From Spartobacteria bacterium (GTDB taxonomy: Bacteria; Verrucomicrobiota; Kiritimatiellia; RZYC01), in contig RZZM01000002.1 in assembly GCA_009929845.1 (NCBI GenBank), positions 1-51,564 on the forward strand: a stretch of DNA of 51,564 nucleotides, in the 5' to 3' direction. The position numbers were made by a program, and so were the translations under genes. Shown here piece by piece: positions 34,373-44,690 of the stretch (position 1 is its first letter; each line of letters begins with the position of its first letter). Under the pieces are notes generated by a model. That model was given only the letters and a program-made list of their open reading frames with translations. It did not search any database and was not told the origin of the DNA.

Positions 34373-34592
34373 TCATACGAAAGGTTGCCCCCAGGTTCCC
34401 CAGGGTAGCTGGCTTTCATCTTGAGCGCTTTCTCGATCCTTCCGCAGTTTTGCAATTTCATCATCAATATCGTCCATCGACATACGATCGGCACCATTCA
34501 GGACGGATTGGCGTTGTGCATCAACAATAGCTTGAGCTGCACGCACTTGTCGCCGAATGATCTCGCAGGTCCCGTACACTGATAAATCTCAT
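34373..34592 (-). pseudogene. frameshifted/internally deleted Phd/YefM- or ParD-like antitoxin remnant
   Basis: The ATG at 34592 has a GAGAGG SD and encodes MRFISVRDLRDHS..., a typical antitoxin N-terminus, but stops after 23 codons. The 68-aa ORF (34373-34579, GTG start, no SD) is in another frame and carries the C-terminal part (...NGADRMSMDDIDDEIAKLRKDRE). Confidence 0.5.
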
Positions 34593-34785
34593 TAAATACC
34601 TCTCGCGTTTTTCAATAGTTTTCACGCCTGGGCATATTAGTCGAATGCTGTTTTTCGGGCAGATCCATTGCCCCATTACCAAACTTTCCGCCGCCTGGAT
34701 TCAGGTTTCTGCTTTCCAATTCCTGAAAAACCCTATAGATAAGGAATTCACATGCTTGATTATTCGAAACACCTTTGGACAACTC

Positions 34786-35457
34786 ATGACAGAGAATAAG
34801 CAATTTGATTTTTGGTACGCCGTAAACAACACCGAGGTGCTGCAACTGCCCAGCACCAGACTGGAAACATTCGGCACGTCGGTCGTCAACTACCACCTGC
34901 TGACCGAATTGATGGACAGCACTAATAAGATCCGGGTGCGCGAAGGCCGCATCGAGGCCTTTCGTCCGCAAATCATCACCCCGCAGTCCTTCCTGGAAAC
35001 CATGCTGGAAGGCTTCGGGGAACAGGCCTCACAGTACGCGGAGTGGATGCGTACGCACCAGGCGGACCTGATGATCCTCCGGTACGGCTTTTCCATCCGC
35101 AAGCGCGAGGTCAACGACCACATCGTCAGCGAAGCCCTCCCCGTGGTGGTGGAACAGGTCCGCGAGTCCCTGGCCGACAAAGCCGACCCCCTCGGGGCCC
35201 TGCTGATCGGGGTTGAAGAACCCTGGGAAGTCTGCCTGCTCAAACTGATGGTCGAGGTCGTCCAGCAATCCGCCCCCAATCACGCGCACCAGCTCAGCGC
35301 CGACCCCAAGGGGGTGCGCCACGAGATTGAACACGAATTCCGCGAAGCGCAGCGCGACAAATCTCGCGTGGCCTACCTGAGCGAGAAACTCAGGAAACAC
35401 AAACTCTTCGCTGAATACGAAGACCGTTTTTTCGCCCTGGTCCGTTCACACGGTTAA
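34786..35457 (+). CDS. hypothetical protein (223 aa)
   Basis: The composition looks coding from the ATG at 34786 (MTENKQFDFWY...). The upstream part of the track ORF looks non-coding. No family was recognised. Confidence 0.65.
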   Translation: MTENKQFDFWYAVNNTEVLQLPSTRLETFGTSVVNYHLLTELMDSTNKIRVREGRIEAFRPQIITPQSFLETMLEGFGEQASQYAEWMRTHQADLMILRYGFSIRKREVNDHIVSEALPVVVEQVRESLADKADPLGALLIGVEEPWEVCLLKLMVEVVQQSAPNHAHQLSADPKGVRHEIEHEFREAQRDKSRVAYLSEKLRKHKLFAEYEDRFFALVRSHG

Positions 35458-35499
35458 CCCCGTCCAGGTGTCATTTCCAACGCCCCAAACCCAGCATGA

Positions 35500-35541
35500 G
35501 TGTTGCACACAGATGTCCGATCGGACATCTGTGTGCAACAC
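35500..35541. repeat. 42-nt perfect palindrome (19-bp arms around GATC)
   Basis: The sequence is GTGTTGCACACAGATGTCC GATC GGACATCTGTGTGCAACAC. It lies 43 nt after the stop of the 34786 gene and is not followed by a T-tract. Confidence 0.9.
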
Positions 35542-35731
35542 CTCAAGATATTCCTGTATGCATACGTCAGAAAACGCCCAGCTTTATACCGCAAAGGGGT
35601 GAGTAGTTACCATGGAGGATAGAATAGCAACGCTGTCTTGATTTGCAGTTAGCAATTTTTCTTCATTCAGGGACTTGCCAAACACAAGGGTATATAGTAG
35701 AAGGTGCGCGCTACAGTGAGAGCATCACAAA

Positions 35732-35807
35732 GCCAGCTTAGCTCAATTGGCAGAGCAGCTGATTTGTAATCAGCAGGTTCAGGGTTCGAGTCCCTGAGCT
35801 GGCTCCA
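35732..35807 (+). tRNA. tRNA-Thr (anticodon UGU) with encoded CCA
   Basis: A full cloverleaf can be read. The acceptor stem is GCCAGCT/AGCTGGC and the D arm is GCTC-AATTGGCA-GAGC. The anticodon stem-loop is GCTGA-TTTGTAA-TCAGC and the T arm is CAGGG-TTCGAGT-CCCTG. The discriminator is T, followed by CCA. Confidence 0.93.
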
Positions 35808-35819
35808 TATAAAAAAGCC

Positions 35820-36179
35820 ATGGAAAGAAACGTCATTTTAGGGATGATTCCGCTGGTTATCGGCATGATTACTTTGCTGATTGCCCATATCCCGCTGAAA
35901 ATCCTGATCCATCCCTACCTGGCCAGGGTGAAAATGCTGCGTTCCGACCAGTTCATCCATTTTGCGGCGCCCATTTCCCTGCGGGACTACCGGATTGTCC
36001 GCACTTCCCGGCATGAATCCGCATGGGCCTACTACCTGGTCAGCGCCATTTTCTGGCTGTACTACCTTTGCCTTATCGCGTTTGTGGTAACCATCATCGG
36101 CATTGCCATCTATGACGTCAGCGCCCATCAGACCAAAAAACACGGGTTTACAACCATCAACCTGGAAAAGATATTCTGA
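35820..36179 (+). CDS. small membrane protein, hypothetical
   Basis: At least two clear hydrophobic segments are present: ILGMIPLVIGMITLLIAHIPL and YYLCLIAFVVTIIGIAIY. There is no SD, and the gene starts 12 nt after the tRNA. Confidence 0.5.
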   Translation: MERNVILGMIPLVIGMITLLIAHIPLKILIHPYLARVKMLRSDQFIHFAAPISLRDYRIVRTSRHESAWAYYLVSAIFWLYYLCLIAFVVTIIGIAIYDVSAHQTKKHGFTTINLEKIF

Positions 36180-36200
36180 CCTGCCAGGAAAGGGGTTCCT

Positions 36201-36407
36201 ATGCCATTTGTACGATATCCGGGTGTGGAGGGATTGGTCTTCGAGCCGGAAGCCACCGGCCCGAAGAAGCACAAGTGTCCAGACTGCTTTTCCTGCCAGT
36301 GGTGCGACGAATCACGCTGCAAGGTCTGCCTGGCCTCAAAGAAAAAATCCTGCCAGACCGATGGCACGCCTTGCAAACACAAGGCGAAAAAACATCCGAA
36401 CGCTTGA
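36201..36407 (+). CDS. cysteine-rich small protein (CxxCxxCxxCxxxxCxxC)
   Basis: A GGAAAGGGG SD precedes the start. The protein contains KCPDCFSCQWCDESRCKVCL and has a lysine-rich tail. Confidence 0.65.
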   Translation: MPFVRYPGVEGLVFEPEATGPKKHKCPDCFSCQWCDESRCKVCLASKKKSCQTDGTPCKHKAKKHPNA

Positions 36408-36435
36408 ACCCCCTCCAGAAAAACCCCCGAGCCAG

Positions 36436-37569
36436 CTAAAGCTGCGTCCGCCCGCCCAGCACGCTGTAGACACGCTCGTAGCGCGCCATGATTTTCTCTT
36501 TCTCAAAACTGTGCGCCCATTTGCGTCCCACGTTGGCCAGTTTATCGTGCAGCGACCAGTCGGTCAACAGGCGGGTGGTCATAAGAATGGCCATATCCAG
36601 GTCACTTTGGGTATAGAGGAAGCCCGTGATCCCATCCATGACCACATCCGGCACCCCGCCGACACGGGAAGAAACCACCGGCACCCCGCAGGCCTGCGCC
36701 TCCAGGGCCGGCAGGCAGAAACTCTCCTCCAGGCTGGTCATCAACAGGACATCCGCCTGCCGGTAGACATCGGAGGGGTCGCGCATGCAGCCAAATAGCC
36801 AGGTGTCCTCCACGCGCCCGTTCTCATCCAGATAATCCATGACGGGCGTAATCCCCTCCCCGTCGCCCAGCAGGCAGAATTGCAGCGGTATCTTCTTCCT
36901 GATGGCTACAAAGATACGCGCGGCCATCATGGAGTCTTTCAGTTCGCTGAAATTGGATACGTGCAGCAACCGGGGCGGGAAATTTTTCCGGCGTCCCTCG
37001 ACTGGGCAGAACGTATTGACGTCCACAAAATCGGGGATCACCACAGGACGGCGCTCCAGCCGCAAATTGGCGAGGGCCAGGTCGGCGTAATTTTCCGAGA
37101 CGGTAGTGATGCTGTTGAAGGATTTCAGGGCAATGCACATAAGACCGCGGCGGCGGATATCCCGGGCGTAAACACTCACATCCGTACCGTGCAGCGTGCA
37201 AATCATCCGTGGTCCACGCGCCCCGAATTTGGCGCGGACAATATCGGCCAGAAAGACAAACGGCAAGGCATAATGAATGTGCAGCGCGTGCAAGCCCTCA
37301 TTCAGGATGACCTTGCTGATCTGGTCCGCGAGCCGGGTAAACAAATCCTTGTCCCAGTCCACGCTTGTTTTCACCGGCGGCTTTTCACCGGGACGCAGAT
37401 CACGCGCCGTGTGAAGTTGCAGGTTCCCGGAAGTCGGCAGTGTGAAAAAAGGGGTGGTTTCGGTGAAGACATGCACCTGGTGTCCGTGTTCCGACAGCGC
37501 CATCGCCATCTCTATGGCCATGCGCGCCGCGCCGTCACACCCTGAATGGCAAACAATTCCGACTTTCAT
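36436..37569 (-). CDS. GT4 family glycosyltransferase (BshA-like by N-terminal resemblance)
   Basis: [36 protein letters not shown] resembles GT4/BshA N-termini. The C-terminal region contains [24 protein letters not shown] (EX7E region). The start is ambiguous among 37569, 37593 and 37632. Confidence 0.82.
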   Translation of the reverse strand: MKVGIVCHSGCDGAARMAIEMAMALSEHGHQVHVFTETTPFFTLPTSGNLQLHTARDLRPGEKPPVKTSVDWDKDLFTRLADQISKVILNEGLHALHIHYALPFVFLADIVRAKFGARGPRMICTLHGTDVSVYARDIRRRGLMCIALKSFNSITTVSENYADLALANLRLERRPVVIPDFVDVNTFCPVEGRRKNFPPRLLHVSNFSELKDSMMAARIFVAIRKKIPLQFCLLGDGEGITPVMDYLDENGRVEDTWLFGCMRDPSDVYRQADVLLMTSLEESFCLPALEAQACGVPVVSSRVGGVPDVVMDGITGFLYTQSDLDMAILMTTRLLTDWSLHDKLANVGRKWAHSFEKEKIMARYERVYSVLGGRTQL

Positions 37570-37811
37570 TGATGCATCCAACCGCCTCTTCATCCGCGGA
37601 TGGGCCTTGTCGCGCCTTGCGTATTCGGGCATCCACCGCCATCCGCGCCATACACTCCTTCTTTACCGGTACAGTATAGCGCCTCCGGGGAAGTAACGGT
37701 AGATTAAAAACGGCACTTTTTGTCATTCATTTTCTTGCATAATTCAAAAATATGCATATTTTACTCCCGGTATTTGAATAAAGACCCGAAAATCGAACCA
37801 GGAGACAGAAA

Positions 37812-37982
37812 ATGGCCCATGTAATATCAGACGATTGTACAATGTGCGGATCATGCCAGGACGTATGTCCGGTCGAGGCGATCAGTGAAGGCGACACGAA
37901 ATTTGTGATCGACGCGGAAGCCTGTACGGATTGCGGCGCGTGCGCCGCCGAGTGCCCGGTTGACGCCATCTCAGCCCAATAA
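37812..37982 (+). CDS. 2x[4Fe-4S] ferredoxin (56 aa), absent from the ORF track because it falls below the length cutoff
   Basis: Manual translation gives MAHVISDDCTMCGSCQDVCPVEAISEGDTKFVIDAEACTDCGACAAECPVDAISAQ*. It has two CxxCxxCxxxCP motifs. An AGGAGACAG SD lies upstream and an intrinsic terminator follows. Confidence 0.9.
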   Translation: MAHVISDDCTMCGSCQDVCPVEAISEGDTKFVIDAEACTDCGACAAECPVDAISAQ

Positions 37983-38009
37983 TGATAACGTTTATAATTG
38001 AACACTGAA

Positions 38010-38038
38010 CTGCCCGTCACTGACGGGCAGTTTTTTTT
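38010..38038 (+). terminator. rho-independent terminator of the ferredoxin gene
   Basis: The stem is CTGCCCGT / ACGGGCAG (8 bp) with loop CACTG, followed by TTTTTTTT. Confidence 0.8.
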
Positions 38039-38059
38039 GCATGGTCGTTAAGGCGTGAA

Positions 38060-39445
38060 TCAGGAGCAAATGGCGTGTTGGCGCAGGAATTCGCGGACAG
38101 CGGCCTCATCATTCGGCAGCACCTCGCAACGTGTCGGAGCGTGGGCCAGTCCGTCAAGGATTTCATGATGCGCCTCCTGCCCGGTCGCCTCCTTGATGGC
38201 CTCGCTGAACTTGGCGGGGTGCGCGGTGGCCAGGCAGATGGTCGGCGACGCATCGTCCAGGTGCTGTTCCGCGACATGCACACCCACGGCCGTGTGCGGA
38301 TCCATGGTGTAAGCGTAGTCACGGTGGTAGCGCCCGATGATCTCCAGGGTATCCTGGCGCGAGCCGGTGCCGGCGGCAAACAGCGGATCAACGATTTCAC
38401 CGTTTTCCAGCGGCAGTCGCAACGCTCCGGTTTCGGCAAACTGCCGCATCAGGGCCATCAGCGCCTCCGGGTCCTCCCCGAGCCGGTAGAACAGGTAGCG
38501 CTCAAAATTGCTGGCCACCTGGATATCCATGGAGGGACTCAGCGTCGGAACGACCCGGCCCAGGCTGTACTCCCCGGTATTGAAAAAGCGGGCCAGGATA
38601 TCGTTCTCGTTGGTGGCGAGGATCAGGCGGGAGATGGGCAAGCCCATACGGTATGCATAGTATCCGGCCAGCACGTCGCCAAAATTTCCTGTCGGCACGG
38701 CAAACTGGACGGTTTTGCTGCCGGTTTGCCCCATCACATACAATCCCGATGAAAAATAATAGACGATCTGCACGAGTACGCGCGCCCAGTTGACGGAATT
38801 CACCGCGCCCAGCGAGTATCGCGTCTTGAAGTCCACATCGCTGAAAATGGATTTCATGATGTGCTGGCAGTCGTCAAACGTACCTTCGACCGCCATATTG
38901 AACACGTTGGAATCGAGCACCGCCGTCATCTGTTTTTCCTGGAGCGGGGCCACGCGGTTATGCGGATGCATGATGAAGATATTGATGTGCTCGCGGCCGC
39001 GCACCCCGTGAATGGCGGCGCTGCCGGTATCGCCACTCGTCGCGCCGAGTACATTCAGGTGGCGCTCCTTGCGGGCCAGTGTGTACTCGAAGAAATTGCT
39101 CAGAAACTGGAGCGCGATATCCTTGAATGCCAGAGTGGGACCATAAAAGAGTTCGAGGATATGCACCGGCCCATGCGGATAGGCCGGGGCAATTTCGGGA
39201 TGCCGGAAGGTGATATAGCTCCGTTCGACCAGTTTTCGCAGATCGTCGCCGGGAATATCCACGAACAGTTTCAGTAGTTCAAAGGTGATGTCCTGGTAGG
39301 ACATACCCGCCCACGCATCCAGCCGGTCGGCCACCTGTGGAATCCGGTCGGGAATCAACAACCCGCCATCCGGCGCCAGCCCGGTGAGCACCGCATCCTG
39401 GAACCCCATGGGTTCTGTTTGTCCATGTGTACTGATATATTTCAT
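38060..39445 (-). CDS. thrC: threonine synthase (long form)
   Basis: The N-terminus is MKYISTHGQ...FQDAVLTGLAPDGGLLIP and the PLP-lysine region is GPTLAFKD. The length is 461 aa. Confidence 0.95.
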   Translation of the reverse strand: MKYISTHGQTEPMGFQDAVLTGLAPDGGLLIPDRIPQVADRLDAWAGMSYQDITFELLKLFVDIPGDDLRKLVERSYITFRHPEIAPAYPHGPVHILELFYGPTLAFKDIALQFLSNFFEYTLARKERHLNVLGATSGDTGSAAIHGVRGREHINIFIMHPHNRVAPLQEKQMTAVLDSNVFNMAVEGTFDDCQHIMKSIFSDVDFKTRYSLGAVNSVNWARVLVQIVYYFSSGLYVMGQTGSKTVQFAVPTGNFGDVLAGYYAYRMGLPISRLILATNENDILARFFNTGEYSLGRVVPTLSPSMDIQVASNFERYLFYRLGEDPEALMALMRQFAETGALRLPLENGEIVDPLFAAGTGSRQDTLEIIGRYHRDYAYTMDPHTAVGVHVAEQHLDDASPTICLATAHPAKFSEAIKEATGQEAHHEILDGLAHAPTRCEVLPNDEAAVREFLRQHAICS

Positions 39446-39646
39446 ACAATTACCTGTAACCTGCCTTGTTCAAAAGCGCGTATCTTTGCGGTTTCCGCCG
39501 CGCAAGCGCAAGCTAATAAATAGCGCATTTGAACATGCCGTTCAAGCCGCCAAGCAGAATCTGTAATGAAAACCATACACACACCTAGACAATGCAGCTC
39601 GAATTGCGTAATGTATAACCCAAGAACATAAGGCGAAGGGAAACGA

Positions 39647-40519
39647 GTGAGTAGTACCGGTACAGCCAAGGCAGATAACAGAGTGTATGAAGCAAGCGCT
39701 GATTTTCCCTCTATCGACAAGCGCACCTTCAAGCAGATTTCCGATCTGGTCTATGAAAAATGCGGGATCTGCCTGAACCAAAAGAAAGAGGCCCTGGTGC
39801 AGGCGCGGATCAGCAAACGCATGCGGGCGCTGGGCATCAAGGATTTCAAGTCGTATTTCGCTTTTGTGGAGTCCGATGAAACCGGCGGGGAACTTACCGC
39901 CATGCTCGATGCCATTTCCACCAATGTCACCCATTTCTTCCGGGAGTCACGTCATTTCGACCTGCTGGGCGAATTTCTGCAGCGCTGGGAACAGGCGGGA
40001 CAGTCCCGTTTCCGCATATGGTCCTCGGCGAGTTCAAGCGGCGAGGAACCCTACACCATAGCGATCACCGCCCGGGAAGCCTTGCAAAACGCGAGCGACT
40101 GCAAGATCCTGGCCACCGACATCTCCACGCGCATCGTAAAAAAGGCGCAACAGGGCATCTACAGCGAACGCAATGTGGATAAAGTCCCGCGCCCCCTTCT
40201 GGCCCGTTACTTCCGGCGCCTCCCGTCCCTGCCCGGCGCAGAAAAGCACTTCGAAGTGGATCCTTTGCTCAAACACATGGTCAAATTCGGCCATATTAAT
40301 CTTTCAAAGCCACCTTTTCCTTTACGGGGGCCCCTGGATGTCATATTCTGCAGAAACGTTATGATCTATTTTGACAACAAAGTGCGCAGGGAGCTGTTGG
40401 CCGACATGTACCGGCTCCTGAAACCAGGAGGTTATCTTATGGTGGGGCATGCGGAAAGCCTGTCCGGCATGCTCAGCGACTTTAAATCCATTGAACCCTC
40501 GGTCTATATTAAAACCTGA
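39647..40519 (+). CDS. cheR: chemotaxis protein methyltransferase CheR
   Basis: The FFRESRHF motif is present, along with the SAM-binding IWSSASSSGEEPYTIA and FCRNVMIYFD. The start is a GTG with a GAAGGGAAA SD. Confidence 0.9.
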   Translation: MSSTGTAKADNRVYEASADFPSIDKRTFKQISDLVYEKCGICLNQKKEALVQARISKRMRALGIKDFKSYFAFVESDETGGELTAMLDAISTNVTHFFRESRHFDLLGEFLQRWEQAGQSRFRIWSSASSSGEEPYTIAITAREALQNASDCKILATDISTRIVKKAQQGIYSERNVDKVPRPLLARYFRRLPSLPGAEKHFEVDPLLKHMVKFGHINLSKPPFPLRGPLDVIFCRNVMIYFDNKVRRELLADMYRLLKPGGYLMVGHAESLSGMLSDFKSIEPSVYIKT

Positions 40520-40531
40520 TTTTTTATCATC

Positions 40532-41011
40532 ATGGCATCTATTATTGTCGACATATCGGACTTGAAAGTATCCAGCAACCCCGAGGATACCCTTGTTACT
40601 TATTCCCTCGGCTCGTGCCTGGGCGCCACCTTTTACGATCCGGTGCAGCAAATCGGGGGCATGATCCACTGCATGCTTCCGCTGTCCAAGATCGATACGG
40701 CGAAAGCGGAAAAAAACCCGGCCATGTTTGTCGACACCGGTATCCCCAAATTACTGAAAACCATGTTTGACCTCGGCTGCCGGAAAAAAGACATCATCGT
40801 ACGCGTCGCGGGCACCGCGCGTGTGCTGGACCACAAGGGGCTCTTCAAAATCGGAGAGCGCAACTACACGGTATTCAGAAGGATTCTTTGGAAGAATGAA
40901 ATGATGATTGCCGCGGAGGATGTAGGGGGGAACATCTCGCGCACCTTACGGCTGGAAATCGCATCCGGACGACTCACCGTCAAATCCGGTGGCATAGAGA
41001 GGGAATTATGA
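40532..41011 (+). CDS. cheD: chemoreceptor glutamine deamidase CheD
   Basis: YSLGSCLGATFYDP (catalytic Cys), GGMIHCMLP and GGNISRTLRLEIASG are present. The length is 159 aa. Confidence 0.88.
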   Translation: MASIIVDISDLKVSSNPEDTLVTYSLGSCLGATFYDPVQQIGGMIHCMLPLSKIDTAKAEKNPAMFVDTGIPKLLKTMFDLGCRKKDIIVRVAGTARVLDHKGLFKIGERNYTVFRRILWKNEMMIAAEDVGGNISRTLRLEIASGRLTVKSGGIEREL

Positions 41012-41892
41012 ACAACTATTATTCAGGGCCTGGGGCCTCCGGCAAAGAAGATTACCTGGCGGGTATACTGCGCGCGATTGATACCTTTCCGTCGATGCCT
41101 TCCTTTGTCAGCAGTATTATCGATCTCCTGCACGACCCGAACGCCAACATCCAAACCATCGCCGAACGGGTGAAATTCGACCCGGGCATGACCGCGAATA
41201 TTTTAAAGCTGACCAACTCGGCGCAGTTTGGCGCCCAGCACCGCATCGCCAGCCTGCAGGAAGCCATCGTACGGCTGGGGTTGCGCCAACTCTTCCAGTT
41301 GGTGGTCAGCGCGGGCATTTCCAAGCGCATGACGCGCCCCCTGCCGGGCTATGAACTACGCGCGGATGAACTGCTCAGCCACAGTGTCTGGGCCGCCGTG
41401 GCCTCCGCCGAACTATGCAAAGCCCTGCACATCAACGCCCATGACATGCTCTTTACCGCCGGCCTGCTCCACGACCTGGGCAAACTCATCCTGGATGATT
41501 TTGTGCAAAACGAAAAGGGACACCTTCAGGAACTGGTCCAGCTTAACGGCATGACCTTTGATACAGCGGAAACGGAGGTTCTGGGGATGAGCCATGCGGA
41601 GACCGGCGCCCAGGTGCTGATCCAGTGGAATTTCCCCGAGGCGTTGAGCGCCGCCGCGGCTTGGCATCACCATCCTGAATACGCGGAGAGCCACAAGGAC
41701 ATCGTCATGATTGTTCATATCGCCGATGCCCTCGCCTATTCCGAAGGCGTCGGCTGCGGCATCGACGGCATGCAGTACGAACTCTCCACCGAGGCGGTCA
41801 ATCAACTGGGCCTAAAAAAGGAGACCCTCGAATATGTCGCCAGTCAGACGCTCTCTAAAATGCAGCAGCTTGAACAGATTCTCAAGGGATAG
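41008..41892 (+). CDS. HDOD domain protein
   Basis: FPSMPSFVSSIIDLLHDPNANIQTIAERVKFDPGMTANILKLTNSAQFG and GLLHDLGKLILD are present. The gene overlaps cheD by 4 bp. Confidence 0.88.
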   Translation: MNNYYSGPGASGKEDYLAGILRAIDTFPSMPSFVSSIIDLLHDPNANIQTIAERVKFDPGMTANILKLTNSAQFGAQHRIASLQEAIVRLGLRQLFQLVVSAGISKRMTRPLPGYELRADELLSHSVWAAVASAELCKALHINAHDMLFTAGLLHDLGKLILDDFVQNEKGHLQELVQLNGMTFDTAETEVLGMSHAETGAQVLIQWNFPEALSAAAAWHHHPEYAESHKDIVMIVHIADALAYSEGVGCGIDGMQYELSTEAVNQLGLKKETLEYVASQTLSKMQQLEQILKG

Positions 41893-41904
41893 GAGCAGGT
41901 ACAC

Positions 41905-42306
41905 ATGGGTTATAACATTCTGGTTGTTGATGATTCCGAAACCGCGCGACGCTTTATCATGAAGTCGCTTCAGGTGGGCGGCGTGGATATCGGCGAGATT
42001 CATCAGGCCGGCAACGGCGAAGAGGCCCTGAACATCATTAATAATGAATGGGTGGATATCGTTTTATCCGATATCAACATGCCGAAAATGAACGGCATAG
42101 AAATGGTCGAGAAAATGAACTCCGACGGACTGATGAAGACCATTCCCGTGGTCATTATCTCGACCGAACGCAGTGAAGCGCGGATTGAGTCGCTTAAACA
42201 TGCCGGCATCTGCGCCTACATACGAAAACCCTTCACCCCCGAAAACATCAAGAAAACCGTCGACGACATCCTGACCGTGCCGACAGATACCAGCGAGGGA
42301 GCGTAA
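41905..42306 (+). CDS. cheY: CheY-like single-domain response regulator
   Basis: The receiver domain contains ILVVDDS, the phospho-acceptor region VLSDINMP, VVIISTE and IRKPF. Confidence 0.9.
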   Translation: MGYNILVVDDSETARRFIMKSLQVGGVDIGEIHQAGNGEEALNIINNEWVDIVLSDINMPKMNGIEMVEKMNSDGLMKTIPVVIISTERSEARIESLKHAGICAYIRKPFTPENIKKTVDDILTVPTDTSEGA

Positions 42307-42308
42307 TC

Positions 42309-43794
<1,486 letters not shown>

Positions 43795-43806
43795 TGGAGA
43801 GACACT

Positions 43807-44682
43807 ATGCCCAAAGAGTTCCCCGTCATTCTTAAAGAACTCGAAAATATCCGTAATCTGCCCACCCTTCCCGTAGTGCTTGAACGTGTCAAAAAGGCCG
43901 TACGCGACCCCAAATCAAACGCCGACCAGATTGCCAGGATTGTGATGGACGACCCGGCCATGATGGCCCGCATCCTGAAAGTTGTGAACTCCCCCCTCTA
44001 CGCAGGCGCTGAAAAAATCGATTCCCTGCAAATGGCCATCAGCCGACTCGGTTTCACCGCGCTGCACAACGTTGCCCTTTCCACCTCGGTGTTTACCTCC
44101 TTTGCCAAAACCGCCAACAGCGTCTTTGACCGCATCGAATTCTGGCGACACTGTATTTCGACGGGCATTGCCGCCAACGCCGTCTGCACCACCTGCCGGA
44201 GCAAACTCAAGCGGCGCTACAGCCCGGACATGCTCCATCTGGCCGGCCTGCTCCACGACATCGGAAAAATCATCCTCGACAACTACTACAACGACGAATT
44301 CACCAGGGCCATCGGACTCACCAAGGAACAGGGCGTGCCGCTCTGCGCCGCCGAAACCCAGTGCGTCGGCGCCACCCATAACCAGGTCGGCGGCTGGCTT
44401 GCCCAAAAGTGGAACCTCGCCCCCGAACTCGTCGAGGTTGTCCGCTGGCACCACGCCCCCCATAATGCCTCCGACGAAGCCCAGGAACTGGTCGAAATCA
44501 CCCACGTCGCCAATTATATCTGCAACTTCCGCATGATCGGCGACGGCGGCGACACCATTTCCCCCTCCTGCCAGCCTGGCGTCCTCAAACGCCTCGGACT
44601 CGAAGAGGAAACCTACTGGAACATCCTCGACTCCATCGTCGAAGAGTCCAAAAAATCCGAAATCCTCCTCTCCCTCCTCTAA
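43807..44682 (+). CDS. HDOD domain protein
   Basis: LPTLPVVLERVKKAVRDPKSNADQIARIVMDDPAMMARILKVVNSPLY and GLLHDIGKIILD are present. This is the last gene of the che-like operon. Confidence 0.88.
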   Translation: MPKEFPVILKELENIRNLPTLPVVLERVKKAVRDPKSNADQIARIVMDDPAMMARILKVVNSPLYAGAEKIDSLQMAISRLGFTALHNVALSTSVFTSFAKTANSVFDRIEFWRHCISTGIAANAVCTTCRSKLKRRYSPDMLHLAGLLHDIGKIILDNYYNDEFTRAIGLTKEQGVPLCAAETQCVGATHNQVGGWLAQKWNLAPELVEVVRWHHAPHNASDEAQELVEITHVANYICNFRMIGDGGDTISPSCQPGVLKRLGLEEETYWNILDSIVEESKKSEILLSLL

Positions 44683-44690
44683 CGGAATAA

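Noticed and set aside
34612-34971. 119-aa minus-strand ORF overlapping the 5' part of the 34645-35457 ORF
   Set aside because: It is antisense to the better-supported plus-strand gene (start 34786) and has no SD or motifs.
35732-36179. tRNA-Thr as an integration site for a genomic island or prophage
   Set aside because: No integrase, no direct repeat of the tRNA 3' end, and no phage or transposase genes were seen downstream. The neighbouring genes are small hypotheticals and a glycosyltransferase.
36103-36798. 231-aa plus-strand ORF
   Set aside because: It spans the end of the membrane-protein gene, the Cys-rich gene (in another frame) and the antisense strand of the GT4 gene. Its composition is Arg/Pro/Ala-rich and non-coding-like.
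37535-37726. 63-aa minus-strand ORF, or an internal 38-aa uORF (MARMAVDAR...) with AAGGAG upstream, overlapping the GT4 start
   Set aside because: The SD-to-ATG spacing is only 3 nt and the peptide has no recognisable features. It overlaps the GT4 5' region out of frame. I treat it as start-site ambiguity of the GT4 gene rather than a separate gene.
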